A stretch of DNA of 63,708 nucleotides, filler included, from Lama guanicoe (GCA_013239625.1; 157 parts of 157 records of this genome joined end to end with filler, not necessarily neighbours in it); one strand, 5' to 3'; positions 13,393-26,278 are shown, counted from the whole stretch's first letter. Notes: generated from the sequence alone by a model not told the origin. A program made the numbers and translations.

Positions 13393-13698
13393 AAACAGAG
13401 ACAACAATAGAAACAAACAAAAAATCAGTGAAACTAAAAGCTGGTTCTTTGAAAAGATAACCTTTAGCCAGACTCATTATCAATAAAGTTAGAAATGACA
13501 AATGAGAAATCACAACTGACACCACAGAAATACAAAGGATCATAAGAGTCTATCATGAGCAACTACATGCCAATAAGACAGACAACCTAGAAGTGGGCAA
13601 ATTCTTAGAAGGGCACAATCTCCCAAGACAACTAGGAAGAAATAGAAAATATGTGTAGACCAATTATCAGTACTAAATTCAAACAGTAATTTAAAAAA
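13393..13698 (+). mobile_element. LINE-1 ORF2 fragment (post-endonuclease region), degraded
   Basis: aaaatcagtgaaactaaaagctggttctttgaaaagataa (KISETKSWFFEKI) and gaaatcacaactgacaccacagaaatacaaaggatcataaga (EITTDTTEIQRIIR). Confidence 0.9.
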
Positions 13699-14204
13699 NN
13701 NNNNNNNNNNNNNNNNNNNNNNNNNNNNNNNNNNNNNNNNNNTTAATTAATTAANNNNNNNNNNNNNNNNNNNNNNNNNNNNNNNNNNNNNNNNNNNNTT
13801 CTACACCCCTGGCCCACAGCTGGGTCCTCACCTCCCCTACCACACACATCAGGTGATGCCCTCTCTGAGATGGGCTCTGTGCCAGTTAATAAGGAATCTG
13901 GGGTGACCAAGACCTTGACCTAGCCCCATTCACCCCATCCTTTGCCACCCCCAGCCTTCGTCCCTGCTCTGGGCACTTGTCTTGACACTCTGCTGATATC
14001 TGAAAGGGCCCTCGTCTGACAGTCAGAGGATGGGGGCGCCTACACTGACCATGTGACCTGGGACAGGCACCTTCTCCTGCAAATGGGAAGGATGATCATG
14101 CCCTNNNNNNNNNNNNNNNNNNNNNNNNNNNNNNNNNNNNNNNNNNNNTTAATTAATTAANNNNNNNNNNNNNNNNNNNNNNNNNNNNNNNNNNNNNNNN
14201 NNNN

Positions 14205-14510
14205 AAACTGGATCCCTGCCTCACATCATACACAACAATGAACTCCTGTTGGATTAAAGACCTAAACATGAACAGGAAAACTAAAGCTCACAACAAAATG
14301 CAGGAGAGATCTGTCCTAGAGCAGAGAAGGAGTTCATGTACAAGAGCCCCCAACAAAGACCCCCAGGGTTAAGTAAGGACTTCCACTCAGCAAGGCCACA
14401 GGCAGGCCGAAGACGCAAAGCCAACTCTGCTGACTACAACCAACAAGGTAGGAATATCCGGAATAGGCAGGAAACTCCAATAAATCAATCACAGAAAGCT
14501 GGGGAACTCA
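14205..14510 (+). mobile_element. Highly diverged LINE-1 ORF2 C-terminal fragment
   Basis: aaactggatccctgcctcacatcatacaca ... tggattaaagacctaaacatg (KLDPxLT...WIKDLN). Confidence 0.65.
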
Positions 14511-14610
14511 NNNNNNNNNNNNNNNNNNNNNNNNNNNNNNNNNNNNNNNNNNNNTTAATTAATTAANNNNNNNNNNNNNNNNNNNNNNNNNNNNNNNNNN
14601 NNNNNNNNNN

Positions 14611-14915
14611 TTGATTTACAATGTTATTTTCAGGTATACAGCAAAGTGATTCAGTTATAAATATACCTATGTATTTTTTTTTCTTTTCAGATTCTTTTCC
14701 ATTATATGTCATTACAAAAAATTAAATATAGTTCCCTGTGGTATACATTAGGTCTTTCCTTGTTGTTTATCTATTTTATATATAGTAATGCGTGCCTGTT
14801 AATTCTCAACCCCTAATTTACCCCTCCCCACCCTTTCTCCTCTAGTAACCATAGTTTGTTTTCTATGTCTGTGAGTTTGTTTTGGATTTGTAAATAGAAT
14901 CTGTATCATTTTTTT
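14611..14915 (-). mobile_element. LINE-1 3' end
   Basis: tacagcaaagtgattcagttata ... cagattcttttccattata ... aatatagttccctgtg ... tagtaaccatagtttgttttctatgtctgtgagt is an antisense laurasiatherian-type L1 3' UTR. Confidence 0.85.
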
Positions 14916-15015
14916 NNNNNNNNNNNNNNNNNNNNNNNNNNNNNNNNNNNNNNNNNNNNTTAATTAATTAANNNNNNNNNNNNNNNNNNNNNNNNNNNNN
15001 NNNNNNNNNNNNNNN

Positions 15016-15321
15016 GGGGCGCCCGGCTCAGGGTCCTGAAAGGCCCCGCGGCCTGGGCCTCACCCAGGCCCAACTGCGAAGCCCAGGCCTCACCCGCCGG
15101 CACCACGACCTGCACGCCTCCACCAGCGCCCTCTTACCTGCCCGGCGGCGGCAGCAGAGGCGGCGGTAAGCGGCGGCCCAGTCCCCAAGCTTCCTTCTTC
15201 CTCGGGAGCTGGCCCAGAAGAACCCAGCTCCCACTCGGCTTCCACAAGCTCTGGGTGGGCTCCCGCGTCCGCGCCTGTGCGTCTGTGCGTCCGCGCAGGC
15301 GCGCTGCTCCTCCTCAAGCCG
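15016..15321 (-). promoter_or_regulatory. CpG-island promoter / probable non-coding first exon with splice donor
   Basis: Very GC- and CpG-rich. NRF1-like GCGCAGGCGC near 15293-15302. Minus-strand donor CAG|GTAAGA after 15138. Gene not identified. Confidence 0.55.
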
Positions 15322-15827
15322 NNNNNNNNNNNNNNNNNNNNNNNNNNNNNNNNNNNNNNNNNNNNTTAATTAATTAANNNNNNNNNNNNNNNNNNNNNNN
15401 NNNNNNNNNNNNNNNNNNNNNGGCTCTTCTAGAGTGCTTCAAGTACATTTGGTAAATATATAATTTTTAAGAATTCTAGATGAATCTACGTTAAGAACTT
15501 CAATAGTTTGTTTATTAAATTAGTGACTGTTCTTTTCTGACCTGTAAAGTGCTTGGTAACTGATTACCAGGAATTTATAGCACAGAATATGTTAATTATG
15601 AACACACAGTTATAACAGTGATGTTTTAATTTGGTAGTAAAGCAATAGATGTACTATTTTCAATTTAGGACACATAGGTTGTTATTCCCTTAGAAGACAA
15701 GGGCTGATCATCCTTCCTGATCTTTATNNNNNNNNNNNNNNNNNNNNNNNNNNNNNNNNNNNNNNNNNNNNTTAATTAATTAANNNNNNNNNNNNNNNNN
15801 NNNNNNNNNNNNNNNNNNNNNNNNNNN

Positions 15828-16132
15828 TTATCCATTCATCTGTTGATGGGTACTTAGGTTGCTTCCATATCTTGGCTATTGTAAATAATGCTGTTATAAA
15901 CATTGAGGTGCATATATATCTTTTCAAGTTAGTGTTTCATTGTCTTCAGATAAAGTCCCAGGAGTAGAATTGCTAGATCATATGGTAGTTCTATTTTTAA
16001 TTTTTTGAAGGCTTTCCATACTGTTTTCCATAGTGGCTGTACCATTTCCATTCCAACAAGCAGTGTACCTTTCTCCACATTCTTGTTATTTCTTCTTTCT
16101 GATGATAGCCATAGTGTCAGGTGATATCTCAT
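15828..16132 (-). mobile_element. LINE-1 ORF2 C-terminus / 3' UTR
   Basis: Minus ORF reads VQPLWKTVWKAFKKLKIELPYDLAILLLGLY, matching the L1 ORF2 C-terminal motif. Confidence 0.92.
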
Positions 16133-16638
16133 NNNNNNNNNNNNNNNNNNNNNNNNNNNNNNNNNNNNNNNNNNNNTTAATTAATTAANNNNNNNNNNNN
16201 NNNNNNNNNNNNNNNNNNNNNNNNNNNNNNNNTTGTTAGGAAGCTCAGCCTAATTCAGATGTCACACTTATAGTAACTCTAAATTCTAAAAATCTGAATC
16301 AAGCAACATTACCAGAGTTTTCTCCTGTGCTAAAAGCTCTCTGAAAAGATTTTATGAGAACTCTGTCACCTCCCCACCCCAAAGCACCCAGTGTGCTTCC
16401 ACACCAGGTCACGTTACATTGTGTCAAAACCAGGCAGCTGAGCCCGCAGACCCAGCAGTGCCGGCGGCAGCGGCAACTTGCTCTCATTCTCACTGCCTTC
16501 CTGGAGATGCAGCTGCAGCCTCCTCTGGGGGTGGAAGTNNNNNNNNNNNNNNNNNNNNNNNNNNNNNNNNNNNNNNNNNNNNTTAATTAATTAANNNNNN
16601 NNNNNNNNNNNNNNNNNNNNNNNNNNNNNNNNNNNNNN

Positions 16639-16682
16639 CATTGTAAAATGATTATAAATCAATAAAAAATGTTAAAAAAAAT
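16639..16682 (+). mobile_element. Young L1 3' terminus with A tail
   Basis: ATGATTATAAATCAATAAAAAATGTTAAAAAAA; the same terminus appears in reverse at 31930-31963. Confidence 0.6.
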
Positions 16683-19476
16683 AACCAGGGAAATTGTGAG
16701 AGAAAAATGAGTACCAACCAGTTTTACTAATTATTGAGATAAATTGAAAGGGTATAGGAATGAAAATACACTGGTACTGGTTCACAACTGACAACAAGAT
16801 CCATGGAATCCAATAGGAAGTTCAGAAAATAGTAGTCTAAGGAGAATTTAATATATTGAAAAATGATGTTTTAATTCATTGGTGAAAAGACGGATTATGC
16901 AGTAAATGGTGTTGAGATAATCAGCTTGTGGTTTGGCAAANNNNNNNNNNNNNNNNNNNNNNNNNNNNNNNNNNNNNNNNNNNNTTAATTAATTAANNNN
17001 NNNNNNNNNNNNNNNNNNNNNNNNNNNNNNNNNNNNNNNNTTTATGAAATGTGGACTCTAACCCTAATTACTTTGAAGGATGGTATTGAGGCTTAAATGC
17101 CAAATGCTTTAACGTGGCTCATATTAAACCCTCCCACAACAGAGATATGTCTGCATTTGGGTGGCTAACAAATTTTTTTTAATAAATTAATGTCTAAAGA
17201 CGATTATCCCTAATAACTGCTAAGATCATAAGACAGATGATTGCAGATATTACGTGAATCCTCATGAAAACACGTAACATTTATGAAGTAATGATGAAAA
17301 AATGAGCATGAAATTTCCAGTTTACATAAGAACAGAGGACACAGAGNNNNNNNNNNNNNNNNNNNNNNNNNNNNNNNNNNNNNNNNNNNNTTAATTAATT
17401 AANNNNNNNNNNNNNNNNNNNNNNNNNNNNNNNNNNNNNNNNNNNNTTACCTGTTGAATGGATCATGTTATTCTAATATATGGCCAGAAAGAAATTTATG
17501 TAAATTAGGTCCTATGTTTGTATGTAACACTGTGTCTGTACTGAGTCACTGACATTGCCTGTCTGCTAATTTCATTATTTCTATCATTTCTGGGTCTGCT
17601 AATGAGTTTTTGTTGTTTTTTTCTCTTGAATACAGACTGCATTTTCCTGCTTCTCTATGTGCCTAGTGATTTTTGATTGGATATGGGTGTTAAGAATCCT
17701 GAGTGTTGAGCTTCTGGGTTTTGTTATCCTCATTTTAAAAATGCTGAATTTTNNNNNNNNNNNNNNNNNNNNNNNNNNNNNNNNNNNNNNNNNNNNTTAA
17801 TTAATTAANNNNNNNNNNNNNNNNNNNNNNNNNNNNNNNNNNNNNNNNNNNNAAGGAAAAGTTAACCTCTGCGATGGATGGAAAGCTTCTCTCTCCCAGA
17901 AACTGCCGGTAGACTCTGGCTTTCTGTACTGACCTCCTTGGAAACATGGCTTTACCGTAAAACTCCTAAGCCTGGCGCTGCTTAGGTGGAGGCAGTTGCT
18001 GTATATTCTGAAAGAGCTGGTCATCTCATTTCTAGAACAATAGAAATAGAGTTAGTCCAGATCCCTTTGAACGGGAAAAAAATGTGGTGGAGCCTGGTGT
18101 TGAGCTTCCACTGTGCTGCTGTTAATGACTTTTAAACATTTGTGAATACACAATTAGANNNNNNNNNNNNNNNNNNNNNNNNNNNNNNNNNNNNNNNNNN
18201 NNTTAATTAATTAANNNNNNNNNNNNNNNNNNNNNNNNNNNNNNNNNNNNNNNNNNNNGGGTCAAGTCATTAAATACACACTCTGTCAGAACTCACCCAA
18301 CAAGGGGTAACATCAGTACATGGCATAATAGAAAGCTCTGAACTCTCCTTCTCTCAATGGACACACTGATTCACAACAACACACAAATCAATTCCCCTGG
18401 TAAAAATCAAGAAACTAGCTGAAAGACTTCTGTACCCTGCATGAGTGTGAATTAAACCACAAGAAAGCCAGAAAAGAAAAGCAGAGACACATTCTTACCA
18501 TGACTTCCCACCCGAGCCAAGTGCCATATAACTGGGGAGGAACCCCTAAGCTCCAAGCTTCTCCNNNNNNNNNNNNNNNNNNNNNNNNNNNNNNNNNNNN
18601 NNNNNNNNTTAATTAATTAANNNNNNNNNNNNNNNNNNNNNNNNNNNNNNNNNNNNNNNNNNNNACCGCCCCATCACAGGACTTGTGGACTCACATCCTT
18701 GGATTTCGTCCACGGACCAATTCCAGCTGGCCTACGTTTTGAGGGTTTATTTCAGACACCTTCCAGGACTTCGCCATGAAGAGACAGCAGGAGTCCTAGA
18801 GGGCTGTCAGGGCAGCCCCTGGACACCATCTTCAGAGTGCCCCGCGGCTGTTGAGCCAGATTTAGCACAATTACACTTGCACGTGGAAGGCAAGCTCTTG
18901 CACAGCCACCAGACCCCAGCAAACAGATCTAGTTCGGTCGCGCTCAGACTGCTGGCAGCAGGATTTTAGGNNNNNNNNNNNNNNNNNNNNNNNNNNNNNN
19001 NNNNNNNNNNNNNNTTAATTAATTAANNNNNNNNNNNNNNNNNNNNNNNNNNNNNNNNNNNNNNNNNNNNATTATCATTATTATGGTTATCATATACCTT
19101 CTATGGGGAGATTTTTACAATATATTTTTTAAATTTATTAACTATTTTCTATTTTTTCAACCATCTTGTCATCAATGTTTATAAATAATAATAATAATAA
19201 TATTTGGGGTCCTCACTGTAACTGATATGACTTGGCCTCAGAGAGAACAGAAGTAAGTATGGAAAAGAGAACATGTACCAATCAGAATAGACAACATTAT
19301 ATAACACAGCAACAAATAATCCCCAACCTAAGTAATTTAAAACAATAAAGCCTTATTTCTCACTCATTCTACAGGTNNNNNNNNNNNNNNNNNNNNNNNN
19401 NNNNNNNNNNNNNNNNNNNNTTAATTAATTAANNNNNNNNNNNNNNNNNNNNNNNNNNNNNNNNNNNNNNNNNNNN

Positions 19477-19720
19477 AAAAAAAAATCTCTTTAGTAAAGG
19501 CAAATATACCGTAAGGGTAAGAAACAATCCACACACAAAGCTAGTAGGAAGGTTAAAAGACAAAAGTAGTAAAATCCCCTATATCGACAACAAGCAGTTG
19601 AGAGATGCATAACACAATTAGATGTAAACTATGATGTCAAAACAGTATCTGAGAGGGAGGAGAGTACAAATGCAGGATTGTTAAAATGTGTTGGAAATTG
19701 AGAGATCAGCAACATAATCA
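19477..19720 (+). mobile_element. LINE-1 inter-ORF region (artiodactyl type)
   Basis: ggcaaatatacc...aagctagtaggaaggttaaaagacaaaagtagtaaaatc resembles the recalled L1 ORF1-ORF2 spacer. Confidence 0.6.
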
Positions 19721-21100
19721 TATATAGAGATGCAAACGTATAGACCTATAGATACAGATATATATAGGTAGAGATAGAGATANNNNNNNNNNNNNNNNNN
19801 NNNNNNNNNNNNNNNNNNNNNNNNNNTTAATTAATTAANNNNNNNNNNNNNNNNNNNNNNNNNNNNNNNNNNNNNNNNNNNNCTTCTGTTTGTGTTGAGT
19901 TTCTCCACTGCACCTCCTGCTCCAGGGCCTCAGGGGCACCTTCTGGGGCGCAGCCAGGCTAAAATATGGGTGGTGGGACCCAGCACTTAGACAGGAAGCA
20001 ACCAGCTCCTCCATGCAATAGCACAACCCCTGTCTCACGTGCGGTCAAGTAATTTCCTGTGTTTTTCTTGTGTGTCTTGATGGAAAGCTGTTTCTGGCAG
20101 AGAACAGATGAGTCTGGCACAGATGTCACACAAGCTGCCTCACAGAATAGACTTTTGGGAGCTCTATCACACTTCTGAGTGTTTGCATNNNNNNNNNNNN
20201 NNNNNNNNNNNNNNNNNNNNNNNNNNNNNNNNTTAATTAATTAANNNNNNNNNNNNNNNNNNNNNNNNNNNNNNNNNNNNNNNNNNNNTCCAGAAAGAGA
20301 AAATGGATAGGCCAAAACAGTTTTAAGCCATCATATAAGGAAATTACTGAGTGGAAAAGTCTAAAAGAGCCAATTAATTGATGAGGTTGATAAATTTTAA
20401 AAAATCACACATAAGCACATCATCATGAATATTCAAAACCCCAAAGAAAAAGAAAAGATCTTAAAAGTTTCCATGAGGAGAAAAGATTAGCTACAAAGGT
20501 ATAATAAGTCAGGTTAACACTAAATTATTCACTAGCAACAATGAGTGCTAAAAACAATATAACAATATCTTTATATAATTCAGAGGGCAGAATGNNNNNN
20601 NNNNNNNNNNNNNNNNNNNNNNNNNNNNNNNNNNNNNNTTAATTAATTAANNNNNNNNNNNNNNNNNNNNNNNNNNNNNNNNNNNNNNNNNNNNCTCTGG
20701 GCTTTTTGTTAAGGTTTGAGTCTTTAGAAACTGGGCATCAATCCGTGATCCCCACAAGTCCCTCCTCCTTAGTGGAAATCAGGATAAGCCACAGGCCTTA
20801 TGGGTGCACGAGGGAGGCCAGTTTCCCCTGAGGTGATGAGCAGGATGCAAAGCCCAGGGCTGGCGTGGGACCACAGGCTGCCTCTGGCAGGCAGGCAGCG
20901 GTTGATGGTGCCCTCACCCACCTGGCTGCACAGGCCAGGCCCCTGGGGCCTGGGATGAGGATGCAGGAGACCCCACTTTACTGTAGGTCCATCTGGGAAC
21001 NNNNNNNNNNNNNNNNNNNNNNNNNNNNNNNNNNNNNNNNNNNNTTAATTAATTAANNNNNNNNNNNNNNNNNNNNNNNNNNNNNNNNNNNNNNNNNNNN

Positions 21101-21406
21101 AAAGATGTTCAACATCATTAATCATCAGGGAAATGTAAATCAAAAGCAAAATGGGGAATTTCCTCATACCTCTTAAGATGGCTATTATCAACAGGCAAGA
21201 GATAATAAATGTTGATAAGGGCATGGAACAAAGGGAATCCTGATGTACTATTAATAGGAATGTAAGTTGGTACAACCATTATGGAAAGGAGTGTAAAGGT
21301 TTCTCAAGAAACTGAAAATAGAATTACTATACATTCCAGCATTTTCATTTCTGGGTGTTTATCCAAAGGAAGTGAAAATGCTGCCTTGAAGATACATCTG
21401 TACCTC
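21101..21406 (+). mobile_element. LINE-1 ORF2 C-terminal fragment
   Basis: aaagatgttcaacatcattaatcatcagggaaatg...tggtacaaccattatggaaa...atagaattactata. Confidence 0.9.
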
Positions 21407-21924
21407 NNNNNNNNNNNNNNNNNNNNNNNNNNNNNNNNNNNNNNNNNNNNTTAATTAATTAANNNNNNNNNNNNNNNNNNNNNNNNNNNNNNNNNNNNNN
21501 NNNNNNAAAAATTATTTAAAAAAAAAAGGAAACACTTCCAATCACAGCAACGCTTGCTTTTATCCCATGTTAACCACTCCTTCCACATCTCCATGTTGAA
21601 AATTACGGTATTTACAAGACTCTTTGTCTTTGGCGATTTTATTTCAGGAGACTTGGGGAGGTACAAACTATTTATTTTCATTCACTTACAGTAGACAATT
21701 TATTTGAAGGATCATTTCTGGGAAGATGATGGTAATTCTAATTAAACAGCTTGTCAGGAAAGCATTTGCCTTCACAGATCTGCTGCTATCAGAGTATCAG
21801 CCAGATGCAGAANNNNNNNNNNNNNNNNNNNNNNNNNNNNNNNNNNNNNNNNNNNNTTAATTAATTAANNNNNNNNNNNNNNNNNNNNNNNNNNNNNNNN
21901 NNNNNNNNNNNNTGTGTGTGTGTG

Positions 21925-22140
21925 AGGGTACATGGGTTGAACTCTTCAGGAAGCAAATTCTGATTCAGAATTTAGTGTGCAGGGTGTTTATGAAGGAATG
22001 TCCTTGGGCTCCACATCTGTTGAAGGAAGAGGAAGGAAGCAATGGAGGGCAGAGAGAGAAGTTGGACAGTGATGCAAACACAATGGCAGCCTCACCTCAG
22101 CTGACCCCGTGAGGACCTCTATGGCTAACATAGCCCCTCA
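21925..22140. mobile_element. Ancient ERVL LTR (LTR33/LTR16-like)
   Basis: ggaagcaaattctgattcagaatttagtgtgcagggtgtttat ... ggcagagagagaagttgg. Confidence 0.5.
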
Positions 22141-22318
22141 GAGATTATTATAGTTAAAGTAATTATTGACAGGTATACTTATTGCCATTTTCTTAATTGT
22201 TTTTTGGTTATTTTTTTTNNNNNNNNNNNNNNNNNNNNNNNNNNNNNNNNNNNNNNNNNNNNTTAATTAATTAANNNNNNNNNNNNNNNNNNNNNNNNNN
22301 NNNNNNNNNNNNNNNNNN

Positions 22319-22403
22319 CCAGGGTCCTGGGTTCAACCCCCAGTCCCGCCACTAAAATAAATAAACCCAATTACCCCCTCCCCCAAAATTTAAAGAAATA
22401 AAA
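22319..22403 (+). mobile_element. vic-1-like camelid SINE, 3' part
   Basis: B-box GGTTCAACCCC followed by AAATAAATAAACCCAATTACCCCCTCCCCCAAAA; tail shared with the copies at 30846 and 59958. Confidence 0.75.
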
Positions 22404-23130
22404 ATCACTTTAAAATATATAATCCGGTGAATTTATCACCCATCCTGCACACGTCCTCACCTCAAATTTTGGTCATCCATCTAGTGGCATTCAACGGTCA
22501 TTTCTAGCATTCACGTACAGCTCACCTGGGTTCAGGTCGCAGCTCTGGTGCAAATTGTGACAAATTATGTACCGCGTTTCTTGCCTTCAGCTTCGTAACT
22601 TGGAGATAATAATTGTCCCTATTTNNNNNNNNNNNNNNNNNNNNNNNNNNNNNNNNNNNNNNNNNNNNTTAATTAATTAANNNNNNNNNNNNNNNNNNNN
22701 NNNNNNNNNNNNNNNNNNNNNNNNGCTTAACTGATCTTGATTTTCTTTTAGGTTACCCCCAACTCCAGAGGGCTTCTGTACTAAAACAGGTGTCATGAAC
22801 CCAATAACAAAAATCAAGAAGGTAGATGTAGTCACTGAGAGAGTGTGTAGCAGTTGGCAAGGACAGTTGTCAGGCAGGGAGCTATCAGAGGAATAAGGAA
22901 ACCAGGAAGGAAGAGAATGGCTAATTGAAAAAAGAGAGTTCTTAATCTATAATCCATGGAATTCTCTGGGGCCCATTAATAATCTTCAAAGGATTAATTA
23001 GCTCCCTAAAATTATATGTAAAATTTGCATNNNNNNNNNNNNNNNNNNNNNNNNNNNNNNNNNNNNNNNNNNNNTTAATTAATTAANNNNNNNNNNNNNN
23101 NNNNNNNNNNNNNNNNNNNNNNNNNNNNNN

Positions 23131-23436
23131 GGCCTGCTACCACCTATGCCTGCACACTCCAAGGCTGTTCCCACCTGTGTCGGCACACTCCTGGGACTGA
23201 ACAATTCTGCACCTTCACACTCCTGGACCTACACAATCCTGGGCCTGCACAAACCTATGCCTCTACACTCCTGGGCCTACGCACTCTTGCTCCTGCCCTC
23301 TCCTGTGCCGGCACACCCCTGGGCCTGCACACTCCTGTGCCTGATCCCTCCTGTATCTGCACACTCCTGAGCCTGCCCTATCCTAGACCTGCACACTCCT
23401 GGATCTGCACACTCCTGGGCCTGCTCCCTCCTGGGC
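23131..23436. repeat. Degenerate GC-rich minisatellite, ~16-bp unit CCTGCACACTCCTGGG
   Basis: CACACTCCTG-type units recur across the entire fragment. Confidence 0.85.
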
Positions 23437-24095
23437 NNNNNNNNNNNNNNNNNNNNNNNNNNNNNNNNNNNNNNNNNNNNTTAATTAATTAANNNNNNNN
23501 NNNNNNNNNNNNNNNNNNNNNNNNNNNNNNNNNNNNAAAAATATAAACAATGAATATATGGGAATAAACATATTTTAATAAATATCTCTGGTCACCCTCC
23601 ACAGGAACCAGAGGCAGGAGCACCAGGGCCACCAGAGCCAGGCTGTAGAGATGTCCCCTGGCAGCAGCCACAGAAGCAGGGCCAAGACTAAACCCTTCAG
23701 CCGGTGAGTTTTGGCATCTCAGTAGCACACACAACACAGTATGTCATTGTACCTCTGTGGCCACAGCAGCATTCACACATTCTCTGTAAATCAGCCCCAA
23801 GAATACAACTAGTCCTTGGGGACTTCGTCTCCTACAAAAAAANNNNNNNNNNNNNNNNNNNNNNNNNNNNNNNNNNNNNNNNNNNNTTAATTAATTAANN
23901 NNNNNNNNNNNNNNNNNNNNNNNNNNNNNNNNNNNNNNNNNNGCCAGTCACATGTGTGTGAAGTGCTGTGCTAGGTAAGGTGCTTACAGTAGGCAGATCT
24001 GGTTGCCTGCAGCCAGTTTCCTAGGAATTTAAGGATTTCTAAGCCTAACTGTTTTCCAGAAATGTGACTTATCTTGCTGTTTCACCTCTGTTAAG

Positions 24096-24248
24096 GTCTT
24101 CAGGTCAAATTCCTCTTGGAGAGGCCTGTTCTGCACGTACCAGCTGGACAGTTGCTATTCCTTCTGGGGAAAACCAGACCAGTCAAATTGCACTAAGTCC
24201 AACTGGCACCTTCCTCTATGCAGCTTCTGGAAATGCGGTCAGAATGTG
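24096..24248 (+). CDS. KIF21A: KIF21A-like WD40-domain exon (3' truncated by contig end), unusually diverged
   Basis: After acceptor ttaag|G it reads [50 protein letters not shown]. Recalled human KIF21[52 protein letters not shown]. Confidence 0.85.
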
Positions 24249-24754
24249 NNNNNNNNNNNNNNNNNNNNNNNNNNNNNNNNNNNNNNNNNNNNTTAATTAA
24301 TTAANNNNNNNNNNNNNNNNNNNNNNNNNNNNNNNNNNNNNNNNNNNNGATTGATGGAATCATTTCACTGATCTGTTCCATGTTGAGGTGCAAGAAGTTC
24401 TGTGTGCCTCTACCAGGCTCTGTCCTAGAGATGCGATTTAGCTGTTCTGTGAGGGCTTCCTGATTTCTCTTGGTTTCTATTCAGGAAATGGTGCAAATGT
24501 CCTATACGCCTCATTGTTTGGGGCTTTCCCCATGAGATTCCCACCTGAATCTTCATGCCATGAAGTGTTTTTGTTTCCTGCAAAACTGAATGTTTTAAAA
24601 CTCACAGGCAACAACCAGCTCTGTTATTCCTCATATTCTTGTGTAACTTCTGTTNNNNNNNNNNNNNNNNNNNNNNNNNNNNNNNNNNNNNNNNNNNNTT
24701 AATTAATTAANNNNNNNNNNNNNNNNNNNNNNNNNNNNNNNNNNNNNNNNNNNN

Positions 24755-25060
24755 GCAATAGAATGAAGGGTTTCCCCTACGTTTTCTTCTAAGAGATTTT
24801 GTTTAGCTTTTACATTTAGATCTTTGTTCTATTTTAAGTAAATTTTTGAATATAGAGGAAGGTAAGGGTATAACTTCATTCTTTTGCATGTGAATGTCGA
24901 ATTTCCCCAGAATTACTAGTTGAAAATATTGTGCTTTCCCCACTGAATGGTCTTGAAACAAATACCAAATCATTTGGCTGCATATGAGAATATGTATTTA
25001 CTGTATTGGTCTATATGTCTATTTGGATTACAATAGTTTGTAGTCAGTTTTGAAATCAGG
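24755..25060 (-). mobile_element. LINE-1 ORF2 fragment
   Basis: tttcccctacgttttcttctaagag...ttcattcttttgcatgtgaat...gtagtcagttttgaaatcagg, antisense ORF2. Confidence 0.85.
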
Positions 25061-25972
25061 NNNNNNNNNNNNNNNNNNNNNNNNNNNNNNNNNNNNNNNN
25101 NNNNTTAATTAATTAANNNNNNNNNNNNNNNNNNNNNNNNNNNNNNNNNNNNNNNNNNNNGTAACGTTTTGTGCCAGCAGCTAGTAAGACCATGTTGTGG
25201 CTGATATTAAATCCGTGCCTGCATTATGCCTCTGTCTTTCAAGCTGAACACTGAGGAAAGAGTAAGATGTTACTGAATGTGAGTGGTTCATTATCTTTAT
25301 ATAGGATTATTTTTGTTTGCATGTAAATAATGTTGTGTCTTCCTTAGGAGGATAATGATATTTTTATTTATTTTTTAAAATGAATTATTTTGTTGTTGAG
25401 GCATACTCAGTTTACAATGTGTCAATTTCTGGGGTACAGCATAATAGTTCAGTCATACATACACATNNNNNNNNNNNNNNNNNNNNNNNNNNNNNNNNNN
25501 NNNNNNNNNNTTAATTAATTAANNNNNNNNNNNNNNNNNNNNNNNNNNNNNNNNNNNNNNNNNNNNAACCTGCATTGGTGTGTTTATCTCCTACTCTCCT
25601 CCGGAGACGGTGTTCTCTGCCTCCTTGCCCTGACTTCTCTGACCAAAGTGATGTTAGGAAGTAGCTGATAAGATGGAGCATCCAAACAGCGAAGCCATGA
25701 CAGCCTTAACAGGTCATCACATAAGGACTGTTTACATCTTTTAATTTAACTTTTATATTTGTATTTATAATTATAAACGAAAATATTATCGCTTGAGATG
25801 TTAAGTAAAACTACAAGACATTTTTTAATGGAAAGCTGCCAGGTAAACCAGATGTGAAAAGGGATCAGGTAANNNNNNNNNNNNNNNNNNNNNNNNNNNN
25901 NNNNNNNNNNNNNNNNTTAATTAATTAANNNNNNNNNNNNNNNNNNNNNNNNNNNNNNNNNNNNNNNNNNNN

Positions 25973-26278
25973 CAGCTACATGTAAAAGAAGAAACTAAGC
26001 CATTTTCTAACACCATATACAAAAATAAACTCAGAATGTATTAAAGACTTACATGTAAGACTGAGACCATAAAAACCCTAGAAGAAAACATAGGTAGTAA
26101 ACTCTTTGACATCGGTCTTAGCAATACATTTTTTGGATCTACCTGAGGAGTCAGGCAATGGCAACAAAAGCAAGAATAAATCAATGGGACTACATCAAAC
26201 TAAAAAGCTTTTGCACAACAAAGGAAACCATATCACAATGAAAAGGCAACCTACTGATTGGGAGAAAATATTTGCAAA
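25973..26278 (+). mobile_element. LINE-1 ORF2 fragment
   Basis: Encodes LTPYTKINSE..IKDL and [13 protein letters not shown], with frameshifts. Confidence 0.92.

Noticed and set aside
17950..18035. Possible minus-strand exon after a polypyrimidine/AG acceptor
   Set aside because: The most protein-like frame has two stops and no gene could be recognised.
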